Below are positions 45,729 to 56,050 of a DNA stretch of 64,000 nucleotides, piece after piece. The notes below the pieces were generated by a model, which saw nothing but the letters and a program-made list of their open reading frames with translations, did no database searches and was not told the DNA's origin. Origin of the DNA: a virus. The number at the start of each line of letters is the position of its first letter. The stretch's first letter is position 1. Where the stretch lies: the IMG/VR virus record IMGVR_UViG_3300028581_000013; one strand, given 5' to 3'. Both the position numbers and the translations under genes were made by a program.

Positions 45729-46187
45729 ATGACAAAAGCGGTTAATAACTTTGCTGGATTAAATGGTTTTGTTTGGTGGGTTGGTGCAGTAGAAAACCGA
45801 GTAGATCCATTGGGTTTGGGTCGTTGTCAAGTTAGAATATTTGGTTGGTATGGTAAAGAAATACCAACAAAAGAATTGCCTTGGGCTCAAGCTGTATATC
45901 CAATCAATCACTCAAAACATTTTTCGGCACCAATGTTAGGCGATTGGATATTAGGATTCTTTATGGACGGAGAAAGTGGCCAATTTCCTTGTATGTTAGG
46001 TGTTATGCCTGGAACTTGGCAAGATCCAGATAGTTACAAGTTTGAACAGTCAGAAGATCCAGATATGACTGATACAGAAAAAGACCAATATAGTGATCCA
46101 GAAGAATTAGAAGGTTCAGATCCAAATGAAGTTACAGATTCTTATAATGCAGAGCCAACAGATACACCTGAAGAACCAGAAGAATAA
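45729..46187 (+). CDS. gp5: gp5 N-terminal OB-fold fragment
   Basis: F.WWVG.VE.R.DPL.LGR.QVRIFG, LPWA, GFFMDG...Q.P. Confidence 0.88.
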   Translation: MTKAVNNFAGLNGFVWWVGAVENRVDPLGLGRCQVRIFGWYGKEIPTKELPWAQAVYPINHSKHFSAPMLGDWILGFFMDGESGQFPCMLGVMPGTWQDPDSYKFEQSEDPDMTDTEKDQYSDPEELEGSDPNEVTDSYNAEPTDTPEEPEE

Positions 46188-46198
46188 AAGGAGATAAA

Positions 46199-46942
46199 AT
46201 GCCAGTATTAGCAGAAATTGAATATGATGAGAGTAAATACAATAGTGTTGTGGAAACTAATCCACCAAAGCCTTTATGGGTTGGTGATCGTTTGGATGTT
46301 CCTGGTCGGCCGACAACACCGGAATTGTCCAGAGGTCATAGAAACGGCACAGTAGTTTCTTTTACAAACTATCATACGATGTCTATTGATGATCCTAAAG
46401 TTACATTACCACAATATGTAAGAACTCAACACACAGCGGTAAGAAACACAGTTCGAACTAAAAGGGACAGCACCGAAAGTAAACAGTTAAATGAATCAAA
46501 AAGCGGTGCCATCAACACACAATTAAGTGAAGCAATTAAATGGGTTCGAGCCAAATTAAAACTAATAAATAAACTGTTAAAAACGATTGATAACTTCTTT
46601 AAAATGTTGGCAACAGTTGCCATGAAAATTAATCAAATCATAGCTTTTATTAAAGCGTTACCTGTTACTATTGTTCTTTTGATGGCCAAAATATTAGCTA
46701 AACTGATTTCAGCAGGCAAAGCAGCCGCTTCAGCTTCTGTTAGTAAAATTGGTGGTAGTGGTTCAAACAAAAGTTCTGGTTCTGAACTTGGTGGTTTATT
46801 GAAACAAACAAAACAAACATTAACTAGTGCTGCTTCAGTAGCTAGTAGTGCTTTATTATTAGGAACAAGTGTTGCTTTATTAGCCTCTACATTTTCTGGC
46901 TCGGGACCAACGAGTAAGAAAAAAGCTAAAAAAATACTATAA
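46199..46942 (+). CDS. Basic helical protein between the gp5 halves
   Basis: AAGGAG RBS; PTTPELSRG; Lys-rich amphipathic/hydrophobic helices. Confidence 0.65.
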   Translation: MPVLAEIEYDESKYNSVVETNPPKPLWVGDRLDVPGRPTTPELSRGHRNGTVVSFTNYHTMSIDDPKVTLPQYVRTQHTAVRNTVRTKRDSTESKQLNESKSGAINTQLSEAIKWVRAKLKLINKLLKTIDNFFKMLATVAMKINQIIAFIKALPVTIVLLMAKILAKLISAGKAAASASVSKIGGSGSNKSSGSELGGLLKQTKQTLTSAASVASSALLLGTSVALLASTFSGSGPTSKKKAKKIL

Positions 46943-46950
46943 GGTAAGTC

Positions 46951-47763
46951 ATGGCAGAACAAGCGAATAACACTAGTATTTGGTATACACAGCATGATGT
47001 AAGACCAGGAAAATATCCGTATGTGAATATGACACAAACGGAATCTGGTCACATACAAATGATGGACGATACACCAGAGAACGAGAGAATTCGAACTCAA
47101 CATAGAACAGGAACATTTTATGAAATGTTACCTGACGGTTCCACAGAACACATTGTTTTGGGAGATGGTTTCTCTGTTTATATGAGGGACAGAAATATTG
47201 TTGTCAAAGGTACTTGTAACATAGAAATTTATGGTGATTCTAAACTTCATGTTGTTGGTGATTGTTATTCACAAATTGATGGTAAATTATATTCACAGGT
47301 TGCTGGTGATGTTAAAATTAATTCGGATGGTAACATTGATATAGTTGCTGCAAAAGAAATTAATATAGACGCTGGGGGTGAAAATGGAGATATAACATTC
47401 TCTTGTGAAAATGCTCTGACAATCAAAGGAGATTTGGCTGTATCAGGTAGTATAACCAGTGGTGGTTCTGTTAATGCAACAACAAACTTGACTTGTGGTT
47501 ACAAAGTATTCTCACAAGGCGGAATAGATTCAATTGGCGGTGTGAATGTTGGATTCACAGTACCTGGCTATGAAAATCCTGCAGGTAAAGTTGTTGCCAA
47601 CGATTCAGTATTATCACCAATGGTAACAGGAACAAATACTGTTCAAGGTGGTGTAGTAAAAGATTCTCAAGGATCAATGCAAACAACTCGAGCAAAATTC
47701 AATGGCCATAACCACAGTGCACCAAAAGGCGCAACTTCTCCACCTAATCAAAGAATGCCATAA
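46951..47763 (+). CDS. gp5: gp5 C-terminal beta-helix/spike fragment
   Basis: YPY..TESGH...DDTP..ERI..HR.GTF.E..PDG; V.G repeats; FNGHNH. Confidence 0.88.
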   Translation: MAEQANNTSIWYTQHDVRPGKYPYVNMTQTESGHIQMMDDTPENERIRTQHRTGTFYEMLPDGSTEHIVLGDGFSVYMRDRNIVVKGTCNIEIYGDSKLHVVGDCYSQIDGKLYSQVAGDVKINSDGNIDIVAAKEINIDAGGENGDITFSCENALTIKGDLAVSGSITSGGSVNATTNLTCGYKVFSQGGIDSIGGVNVGFTVPGYENPAGKVVANDSVLSPMVTGTNTVQGGVVKDSQGSMQTTRAKFNGHNHSAPKGATSPPNQRMP

Positions 47764-47766
47764 TAA

Positions 47767-48645
47767 ATGACATCACTATTTGATAGATTACAATTTAATT
47801 TTGATCAAACCAAATTTGGTGCCGGCACAACTTTGTCTGAAGAATCTGTAAATACTATTTCAGACGCAGCAACAGATATTGAGTTATCAGATTGGCAACT
47901 TAATGATTTGGCGAATAACAATGTAATCACAACAAAATATTTTATTAATCCTGTCGCCAATGTTTGTGATAATTTTGGTGCCAATCTTTCAAATTTAATA
48001 ACATCCATATCAACATTATCTGTAATTGATAGTGATTCTTTAGCTTTATTAAATTCTTCATTTAATTGTATGATTCAAATTGATAGATTTAAATCTCATA
48101 CAGATAACGTTTCTGGTGTTGCTGAAACAACTGCTTCTAATACTATTCCTTGTTATTCAACAGCCATAGACACCGGTCAAATGTTATTAACAATATTAAA
48201 TAAAACTGATGGTATGGCCAATAGTTTACCTGCTATGGGATCATTTACAAGTATTTTTATAGAACCAGAACTAAATGCAAATAATGTATCGTTAGGCAGT
48301 AATTGCCAGATTTATATTAATTCTGTAAGCAGCAACACCACAAACTTATCATCTTCGGCAATCACATCTATTAAAAATGTGGTTGATAATTTAAATGGTT
48401 TTCTTTATACCAGATGGTCACATGATTGGACTTTTTATGGAAACTCAGTAAGCCTTTTAAATGATTACTTTAAAATAGACAATTTAAACAATATAGGCTC
48501 AACTCAGTCATATTTAATTGACAATTACATAGGCACAGAAACGATTAAAACCGATATTGCAAATAATAATGTTGTAATACCTGTCACAGAACCTCCTGTA
48601 GTTGTTCCTCCACCTTCATATTTTGAATATTTTAATCAATTTTAA
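47767..48645 (+). CDS. Hypothetical virion protein
   Basis: Located in the structural operon. Confidence 0.65.
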   Translation: MTSLFDRLQFNFDQTKFGAGTTLSEESVNTISDAATDIELSDWQLNDLANNNVITTKYFINPVANVCDNFGANLSNLITSISTLSVIDSDSLALLNSSFNCMIQIDRFKSHTDNVSGVAETTASNTIPCYSTAIDTGQMLLTILNKTDGMANSLPAMGSFTSIFIEPELNANNVSLGSNCQIYINSVSSNTTNLSSSAITSIKNVVDNLNGFLYTRWSHDWTFYGNSVSLLNDYFKIDNLNNIGSTQSYLIDNYIGTETIKTDIANNNVVIPVTEPPVVVPPPSYFEYFNQF

Positions 48646-48660
48646 CGACATAAATATTAA

Positions 48661-49053
48661 ATGGCAACAATTAAAAAACTATATTCTGACTTGGATCTGA
48701 CTTTCAGAAGGCTACCCGTGTCCAATGACGTAGCTTTAAGTTTTGATGAGCAAGCAGTCATTCGTTCGGTTAGAAATTTGTTATTGACTAATTTTTATGA
48801 AAGATTGTTTCAACCTACTTTAGGTTCAAACATCGATACATTATTATTTGAACCAATCACAGTTTTAACTGCTGGATTAATCAAAGCAGAAATTAGAAAC
48901 GTGATTAATAATTTTGAACCGAGGGTTACTATACAAGACATTGTTGTGGATCCTTCACCGGATAGAAATGCTTTTAAAGTTACTTTAACTTTTCTTATAG
49001 GAAACAATACTTTGCCGACTGCAGTTAATCTACTTCTTGAAAGGTCAAGATAA
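48661..49053 (+). CDS. gp25: Baseplate wedge gp25
   Basis: YSDLDL.F, SVRNLLLT..YER.FQP..GS, EPRV, LER.R; late promoter ATAAATA at 48650. Confidence 0.93.
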   Translation: MATIKKLYSDLDLTFRRLPVSNDVALSFDEQAVIRSVRNLLLTNFYERLFQPTLGSNIDTLLFEPITVLTAGLIKAEIRNVINNFEPRVTIQDIVVDPSPDRNAFKVTLTFLIGNNTLPTAVNLLLERSR

Positions 49054-51134
49054 TGGCAACAGCCAATTCTAATATACAAATTGCTGATTTAGATTTCAGT
49101 AATATTAAAAGAAACTTTATACAGTTTCTTCAATCACAAGATACACTCAAAGACTATAATTTTGAGGGTTCAACAATGTCCGTCTTGTTGGACATATTAG
49201 CCTATAATACACACTACAATTCATTCTATTTGAATATGGTGGCCAATGAAATGTTCTTGGATAGTGCACTACAGAGAGGTTCCGTTGTTTCTCACGCCAA
49301 ACTGTTAAACTATGTGCCAAGGTCTTCCGTAGCACCCGCAGCATTTGTTAATATAAATTTTAATGGTGTTGCAAATAGTTCTTTTACTTTACCAAAATTT
49401 ACCAACTTTTTGTCTGAGGCAATTAATGGTGTAAACTATAATTTTGTAACGACCGATGCATCTACTGTGGCGGTATCAAGCAACACTGCGTCTTTTACAA
49501 ATGTTGAATTGAAACAAGGTACGCCTATTACACACCGATATACAGTCAACAGAACTACCAATCCAAAGAAAAAATTTGAATTAACAAACACTTTGATTGA
49601 CACTACAACATTAAAAGTTATGGTTCAACAGAGTAGTGGTAATACTTCTTATGATGTTTATCAATCAGCTGAAAATTATTTGACACTCGATAAAGAATCT
49701 AAAGTTTATTTTTTACAAGAGTTAAACAATGGAAACTATGAAATTTCTTTTGGTGATGACATTTTAGGAAAAGAGCTGAGTGATGGTAACATTGTTACAG
49801 TATCTTATATTGCTACAGATGGTAACAGAGCCACAGGTGCAAACAACTTCTTATTAATGGATCGTGTTCTTGGTTACACATCAGTTTCAATTCAACCGAG
49901 AGTAAAAGCTTCTCAAGGATCATCTAAAGAAACTATAGAATCAATCAAATATCAATCTGTTAAATCGTATTCTGCACAAAACAGAGCGGTTTCTAAGAAT
50001 GATTATATTTCAGCAATTCAACAAAATAGTTTAGGTTTTTCTTTTGATGCGGTCAATGTTTGGGGCGGAGAAGAAAACGATCCACCAGTTTACGGCCAAG
50101 TGTTTATTTCTTTGAAACCAACAGGTGGTTACAGTTTAACTCAAGTTCAAAAACAAAAGATTGCAGACGATGTTATTAAACCTATTAGTGTGTTGACTGT
50201 TACGCCTACAATTGTTGATCCTGATTACACATACATCAAATTGGATGTCAATGTTTATTATGATCCAACAAAAACATCATTGTCTGCTTCAGAGATGCAA
50301 AATGGTGTAAGAAATGCCATAGCGGCATTTGGTAGAAGGACACTTAACACATTTAACTCAACTTTTAGTAGTTATGAATTATTGACAACCATTCAATCTT
50401 TTAATAATGCAGTAATTACCAGTGATTATAAAATAAAACTACAAAAGAAATTTTATCCAAGCCTTTCAACACCAACAACATATAAATTATATTATAATGT
50501 TCCTTTACAAAGAGGTTTGTTTCAATCCGGTACAAGCAGTTCACCAACGTTACAATATATTGACCCAGCAAATCCACAAAGAACAATCAATAATGTGTAC
50601 ATTGATGAAGTTCCTGTGGCCACATATGGTGTCGAATCGATTTCTGTTATTAATCCTGGTTATGGTTATCAGTATGCACCAAAAATTGATATTCTAGGTG
50701 ATGGATCTGGTGCAACAGCAACCGCTGTGTTAGCTAGTGGAAGTATTAAGAATGTTGTAATTACAAATACCGGTAACAATTACACAAGTGCAATTGCAGC
50801 AGTAACTCCTCAACCAGGCGATACTACGGGCCAATTAGCGGCATTAGTTGTTAATTTGGAAGGCAAATATGGTACACTAAGAACATATTATAACAACAAT
50901 AACAACGCTAAAACTGTTTTAAGTGATAACATTGGAAATATTGAATATGATAATGGTGTCATCACTCTGGATGCTTTTAGTCCCGTTAGTGTAAACAATG
51001 AATTTGGTTTATTGACAGTCACAGCAACACCAACAGTTTCAACAATATCTTCATCTTACAATAGAATTATTACAATTGATGAATATGATGCAAACGCTAT
51101 CACCGTCAATGTTATACCTAGAACAAACTTTTAA
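49053..51134 (+). CDS. gp6: Baseplate wedge gp6
   Basis: LDF..IK, DYNFEGS, LAYNTHYN, NE.FLDSA..R.SVVSHAK, QNRAV...DY, WGGE.N.PP.YG. Confidence 0.95.
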   Translation: MATANSNIQIADLDFSNIKRNFIQFLQSQDTLKDYNFEGSTMSVLLDILAYNTHYNSFYLNMVANEMFLDSALQRGSVVSHAKLLNYVPRSSVAPAAFVNINFNGVANSSFTLPKFTNFLSEAINGVNYNFVTTDASTVAVSSNTASFTNVELKQGTPITHRYTVNRTTNPKKKFELTNTLIDTTTLKVMVQQSSGNTSYDVYQSAENYLTLDKESKVYFLQELNNGNYEISFGDDILGKELSDGNIVTVSYIATDGNRATGANNFLLMDRVLGYTSVSIQPRVKASQGSSKETIESIKYQSVKSYSAQNRAVSKNDYISAIQQNSLGFSFDAVNVWGGEENDPPVYGQVFISLKPTGGYSLTQVQKQKIADDVIKPISVLTVTPTIVDPDYTYIKLDVNVYYDPTKTSLSASEMQNGVRNAIAAFGRRTLNTFNSTFSSYELLTTIQSFNNAVITSDYKIKLQKKFYPSLSTPTTYKLYYNVPLQRGLFQSGTSSSPTLQYIDPANPQRTINNVYIDEVPVATYGVESISVINPGYGYQYAPKIDILGDGSGATATAVLASGSIKNVVITNTGNNYTSAIAAVTPQPGDTTGQLAALVVNLEGKYGTLRTYYNNNNNAKTVLSDNIGNIEYDNGVITLDAFSPVSVNNEFGLLTVTATPTVSTISSSYNRIITIDEYDANAITVNVIPRTNF

Positions 51135-53962
51135 TGATTCCAGATAACACAAAAACTTCTTTATTAATACCGTATCAACTTCCTGCATATATTCGGGACG
51201 ATCCCGCATATGCTAATTTTGTATTGTTCCTACAAGCATATTATGAATGGATGGAACAAGAAGGTGGTGTTACAAATCGTTCAAAAAATATATTAAACTA
51301 CACAGATATTGATAATACAACATCAGAATTCATTGATTACTTTGTCAATGATTTTTTACCTTTCTTTCCAAAAGATTTATTAATTGATAAAGCTCGAGCA
51401 GTAAAATATGCTAAACAGTTTTATCAAGCAAAAGGCACTCCAGCTTCTTATAAATTCTTGTTTAAGATTTTATACAATTCTGATTTTGATGTATATTACA
51501 CAAAAGAATCTGTATTAAGAGCTTCTGCTGGTAGTTGGTACGTTGCAAAAAGTCTTAAACTTGCATCACTTAATGATAATTTATTGAATATTAAACAATA
51601 TAGATTATTAGGTGAAATTTCTAGAGCAATTGCCACAATAGAAAATTCTGTCGTGGCAGGAAACAAAACTGAAGTGTTTCTTTCCAACATTCAAAGATTA
51701 TTTGAATCTGGAGAATTTGTTCGTGTAGTTGATGCAAACAATCAAGATGTTTTATTTGGTGGTCAACCATTAAGAGCTAAGATTGTTGGTCAAATTAGTA
51801 GTATAATAATTAATCCAAATGCTCGTGGTTTATTTTATGAACCAGGTGATCCAGTAGTTGTTTATGGTGGTCTGAATGAAGATGTTTTATTTCCAGTTGG
51901 TGCCAATGCAGAAGTAGAAACTGTAACAACAGGATCAATACAATCAATCAATGTTATTGATGGTGGTTTTGGTTACACTTTAGAATCTCCTATTACTATT
52001 ACACCTACTGGTGGTGCATCTGCTGCGGTGGCTTCTTTAGATCCAACTAAAGCTTCACAAGTTTTAATTGCAAACAATGCTATTGCAACCAAATCAGGAA
52101 TTCAAATTGGTGTACCAAATTATGGATTCAAAAGTTATACCACAAATATACAGTCAACAATATACAACTCTTTAGATTTTCAAACAGTTACAGTTAGCCC
52201 CATTTCTTCTGTTTTAGTTACTAATGGTGGCGGAGGTTTTTCTTCACCACCAGACATCACGACAAAAGCATTGTATCTTACAAACAATAGTGATCCTGTT
52301 ACATCAAATAATTATAGTGATTTAAAATTTTTAGGTATTCTTGCTTCAATGACAATTCAAAATGCTGGTAGAGGTTATCAAGCAAATGACAGAATCGTAT
52401 TTTCGGGTGGTTCTGGTTATGGTGCATATGCCAATGTGATTACTGTTGCTGCTAATGGTGCCATCACTAATGTTGCTTATGTTTATGGTGAACAACTTTA
52501 TCCAAAAGGTGGTCTTGGGTATAGATTAACTGCATTACCAACTTTAAGTGTTGTATCAGCAAATGCAAATGCAGCCAATGCTTTGATAACTGTTTCTGGT
52601 ATTTTAGGTGATGGTGCAGTATTTGAGGCTAACACAACCAGTATTGGTGCTGTGTCTAAAATTAAACTAAACAGTAATGGTGAAGATTATGTTTCAACAC
52701 CAATCATTTCGTTAAAAGTCCAAGACATTGCTGTATCAAATGTAAGTATTTTAAATATTCCACAAAAAGGTGATGTAGCTTATCAAGGAAGCAACGTTGC
52801 AACTGCTTTTTATTCTGCATTAGTTGAATCTATTTCACTTTTAGCACCAGATGCAAATCCTGCTAATACTTTGTATAATTTGAGAGTCTTCAATTATTCT
52901 GGTTCAGCAAACACAAAACAAAATATTAAAGTTGGCACAGAAGATCAAAATATTAATTTGAGAATGGCTAACGTAGCTTATAATTCGGGTTATAATTCAA
53001 GTGGTATTAAAACATATGGTAATGGTCGTGCAAGAGCAAACACAAGATTTTTAAATGGTCTCGTTTTTAGTCAAGGACAATATCTTGATAAAAAAGGTCA
53101 GTTAAGTTCTTTTGACGTATTACAAAGTGAAAACTTCAACAATTACACCTACCAAATTACTGTAGAAAAAGAGATAGCAAAATACAGAGAAACACTATTA
53201 GGACTTCTACATCCAGCCGGAATGAAAGTTTTGGGTAGGTATGCTCTAAGAGCAAATTCTAATTTTACCGTTACAGAAGAAACATTACTCTTTACAGGTA
53301 GACCAATTGCTAATTATACTGGAGAACCATCTTTAGCCACTATAGTTACTGATTTTAATAACCGAAGCAATAATATCATAACGTTCTCAGATTTGGTTGG
53401 TGCAAACATTGCAGAATTCATATTCTCGACCGGTGATAATTTATCGGTTAAGTCAAATTCTGTGGTCGAATTGACACCATCAAATGGTCCAAATGTACGT
53501 TCCGAGGTAATTCATGTAGATTATACATCAAATACCGTTTACCTTAAAGATAATGTTTTATTAACTTATGCAAATGTCGCCTATGTTTCTGGAAATGTCA
53601 ATTCAAACACGATAAATATACGAACCTTGACTGGTTCTTACGATATAGTTAATAATGGAAATTATAGTAATACTAGAAACAAACTAGAAGATATCGTATT
53701 CTCAGGTGATACCATAAGAATTAACAATGCCAACAATGATACGATTCAAGTTTCCAATGTTAATTATGGAACCGGTGTAATCACATTGTCTGGTACTTTG
53801 ACTGGAAATGCAAGTAATGTCTTATTGTCTGTCAAAAGAACTTTATCAACCAGAGCAATTCGAATATTTGGACCTGTTGGAATTCAGTTCTATCCAGAAC
53901 TCACAACAGAAGATGGACAATCTTTAATAACGGAAGATGATCGATTAATCATATTAGGGTAA
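51134..53962 (+). CDS. gp7: Baseplate wedge initiator gp7-like
   Basis: F..FL.AYYEW, FY..KGT..S..FLF..LY, LLHPAG. Confidence 0.8.
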   Translation: MIPDNTKTSLLIPYQLPAYIRDDPAYANFVLFLQAYYEWMEQEGGVTNRSKNILNYTDIDNTTSEFIDYFVNDFLPFFPKDLLIDKARAVKYAKQFYQAKGTPASYKFLFKILYNSDFDVYYTKESVLRASAGSWYVAKSLKLASLNDNLLNIKQYRLLGEISRAIATIENSVVAGNKTEVFLSNIQRLFESGEFVRVVDANNQDVLFGGQPLRAKIVGQISSIIINPNARGLFYEPGDPVVVYGGLNEDVLFPVGANAEVETVTTGSIQSINVIDGGFGYTLESPITITPTGGASAAVASLDPTKASQVLIANNAIATKSGIQIGVPNYGFKSYTTNIQSTIYNSLDFQTVTVSPISSVLVTNGGGGFSSPPDITTKALYLTNNSDPVTSNNYSDLKFLGILASMTIQNAGRGYQANDRIVFSGGSGYGAYANVITVAANGAITNVAYVYGEQLYPKGGLGYRLTALPTLSVVSANANAANALITVSGILGDGAVFEANTTSIGAVSKIKLNSNGEDYVSTPIISLKVQDIAVSNVSILNIPQKGDVAYQGSNVATAFYSALVESISLLAPDANPANTLYNLRVFNYSGSANTKQNIKVGTEDQNINLRMANVAYNSGYNSSGIKTYGNGRARANTRFLNGLVFSQGQYLDKKGQLSSFDVLQSENFNNYTYQITVEKEIAKYRETLLGLLHPAGMKVLGRYALRANSNFTVTEETLLFTGRPIANYTGEPSLATIVTDFNNRSNNIITFSDLVGANIAEFIFSTGDNLSVKSNSVVELTPSNGPNVRSEVIHVDYTSNTVYLKDNVLLTYANVAYVSGNVNSNTINIRTLTGSYDIVNNGNYSNTRNKLEDIVFSGDTIRINNANNDTIQVSNVNYGTGVITLSGTLTGNASNVLLSVKRTLSTRAIRIFGPVGIQFYPELTTEDGQSLITEDDRLIILG

Positions 53963-53967
53963 TATAA

Positions 53968-56040
53968 ATGTCAACAGTAAAAATATCACAACTACCTTTT
54001 ATAACACAGTTGAATGCTAACACAGAGAAAACTCTGATAGCTGGTGTAGATTTGGTTTCAGGATTAACTGGTAAAATTTCAGTTCGGACTTTGGCAAGTG
54101 GTTTATATTCCAGAGATGTACTAAACGTTGGTACTAATCCAATTATATTAGAAAATGTTGTTGCACAGTTTACCAACACTAGTAGTAAATTTATTCAAAT
54201 TAACCTACAAAACTTTGATGGTGTGGGTTCCAGTGATTTTGTAGCATCAGCCAACAATAGTAGTGGTTCAAATAACTATATTGATATGGGTATTAATGGA
54301 CCAGGTTTCAATGATCCAGTTTATTCTTCTATGTTACCTTATGATGGTTATGTTTACTCACATGGTCCATCACACAACGACTATCGTGGTAATTTAGTTA
54401 TTGGTACCGCTTCATCTAATGCAAACGTTGTTTTAATTGCTGGTGGTACACAATCAAATAATATTGTTGGTCGTTTTAATGCCAACAAGTTTAATTTCTT
54501 TAATCAAGTAGATATTAATGATGACCTTGTTGTTACTGGTAACGTTTATGTTGATAATATTATTTTTGGTGATAACTCAATACAAGAAACATCACTCACA
54601 ACTCGCCTTGATGCAGCATTCTTAAAAGCCAATAATGCTTTGGCGAATGTGGCCAATGCTACGTTTGGATTTAGTTTAACAAGCCCACAAACAATTACAG
54701 CCAATATTCTTACTGCTGTTCATCGATTGAGTTTTTCTGCAAACGGATTAATTAGAACTGAAACAGGTACAGGCAACTTTAAAAACCTTTCACTTTTAAC
54801 TGGTGATGAAGTCAGTACAGGTAATAGTGGTTCTATCAATATTACAACAGGTTCAGGTGGTGCAGTTAGTGGTTATGGCGGTGACGTTAATATAGTTCCA
54901 GGTACCGGTAATTCTGGTTACGGAAAAGTTAATATCAATGTTGCAAGTAATCTTTGGACATTCAACACGAATGGCAGTATAAAATTCCCAGATAATACCA
55001 CACAAATTACTGCGGCCGCTCCGTTCTCTTATTCAACAGCAAGTTATGGTCATGCAAATGCTGCGCACGAGAAAGCAAATGTAGCATTTATTCACGCAAA
55101 CAATGCTTACGAACATGCTAATGTGGCTTTTGATGAAGGCAATGTGGCTTATGCTTTAGCTAATAGTGCATATTATATTGCTAATAATGCAATTGCAAAT
55201 ACTGTTGGTGTGTTTACTGCTGGTGATTTCAACATATCTGGTGATTTAACTGCCAACGGCACACTGGTTTTAGCTAATTCAAATTTCTCAGCATCAGAAG
55301 CTGCCTTTAGAATCACGGCCGCAGGAAGTTCACAAACTCCAACACAAGCCGGCACACTAATGCAATTGACCAATAAAGCAAATGTACCAGCTAGAGTGTT
55401 GATTGATTCTTTTGGCACTTCAAATACAGCATACCCTATCATTGCTGGTAGAAATGCCAGAGGTACAGTAGACACACCAGCACCAACACAGAACAATGAT
55501 ATTCTGTTGCGTATTGCTGGTAACTCTTATGGCGATACAGGATATGCACCCTTTGGTGATGCAAGAATCGATTTTGTGGCCACCGAAAATCATTCAGACA
55601 CAAATCGTGGTTCCAGAATAAGATTTTGGAATACACCAACAGGTTCAAATGTTGTTAATGAGATTGCTTCATTTAATGCCGATTCTGTTTATTTTACTGG
55701 TGTCGTGGAACCAGAAAAAGGATTTATCTTTACACCAAGATTACCTGTTGGTAATCAAACGGCCATTACAATTGATTTTTCGAGTGATGTGATTATTAAA
55801 GCCAACTTAGCAGCTGACTTGACATTTACACTTTCAAATTTTGTGTTTGGTAAAGTGGTTGAAGTTTGGTTAACCAATACGAGTGGATTAACTAGAACTA
55901 TTACACACGGTTGTTCATCAATTAATTCATCAGAAAATGCAACAACATTTACAATGCCATCAACAAGTTCTGCATACCTAAGATATTTCAGTATTGATGG
56001 TGATTTAGCAAATACATTTGTAACAGTCCAACACGCTTAA
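53968..56040 (+). CDS. Tail fibre/trimeric virion protein
   Basis: VKISQLP N-terminus; AxxxANx heptad coiled-coil repeats; beta-rich C-terminus. Confidence 0.7.
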   Translation: MSTVKISQLPFITQLNANTEKTLIAGVDLVSGLTGKISVRTLASGLYSRDVLNVGTNPIILENVVAQFTNTSSKFIQINLQNFDGVGSSDFVASANNSSGSNNYIDMGINGPGFNDPVYSSMLPYDGYVYSHGPSHNDYRGNLVIGTASSNANVVLIAGGTQSNNIVGRFNANKFNFFNQVDINDDLVVTGNVYVDNIIFGDNSIQETSLTTRLDAAFLKANNALANVANATFGFSLTSPQTITANILTAVHRLSFSANGLIRTETGTGNFKNLSLLTGDEVSTGNSGSINITTGSGGAVSGYGGDVNIVPGTGNSGYGKVNINVASNLWTFNTNGSIKFPDNTTQITAAAPFSYSTASYGHANAAHEKANVAFIHANNAYEHANVAFDEGNVAYALANSAYYIANNAIANTVGVFTAGDFNISGDLTANGTLVLANSNFSASEAAFRITAAGSSQTPTQAGTLMQLTNKANVPARVLIDSFGTSNTAYPIIAGRNARGTVDTPAPTQNNDILLRIAGNSYGDTGYAPFGDARIDFVATENHSDTNRGSRIRFWNTPTGSNVVNEIASFNADSVYFTGVVEPEKGFIFTPRLPVGNQTAITIDFSSDVIIKANLAADLTFTLSNFVFGKVVEVWLTNTSGLTRTITHGCSSINSSENATTFTMPSTSSAYLRYFSIDGDLANTFVTVQHA

Positions 56041-56050
56041 TAAATAAATC

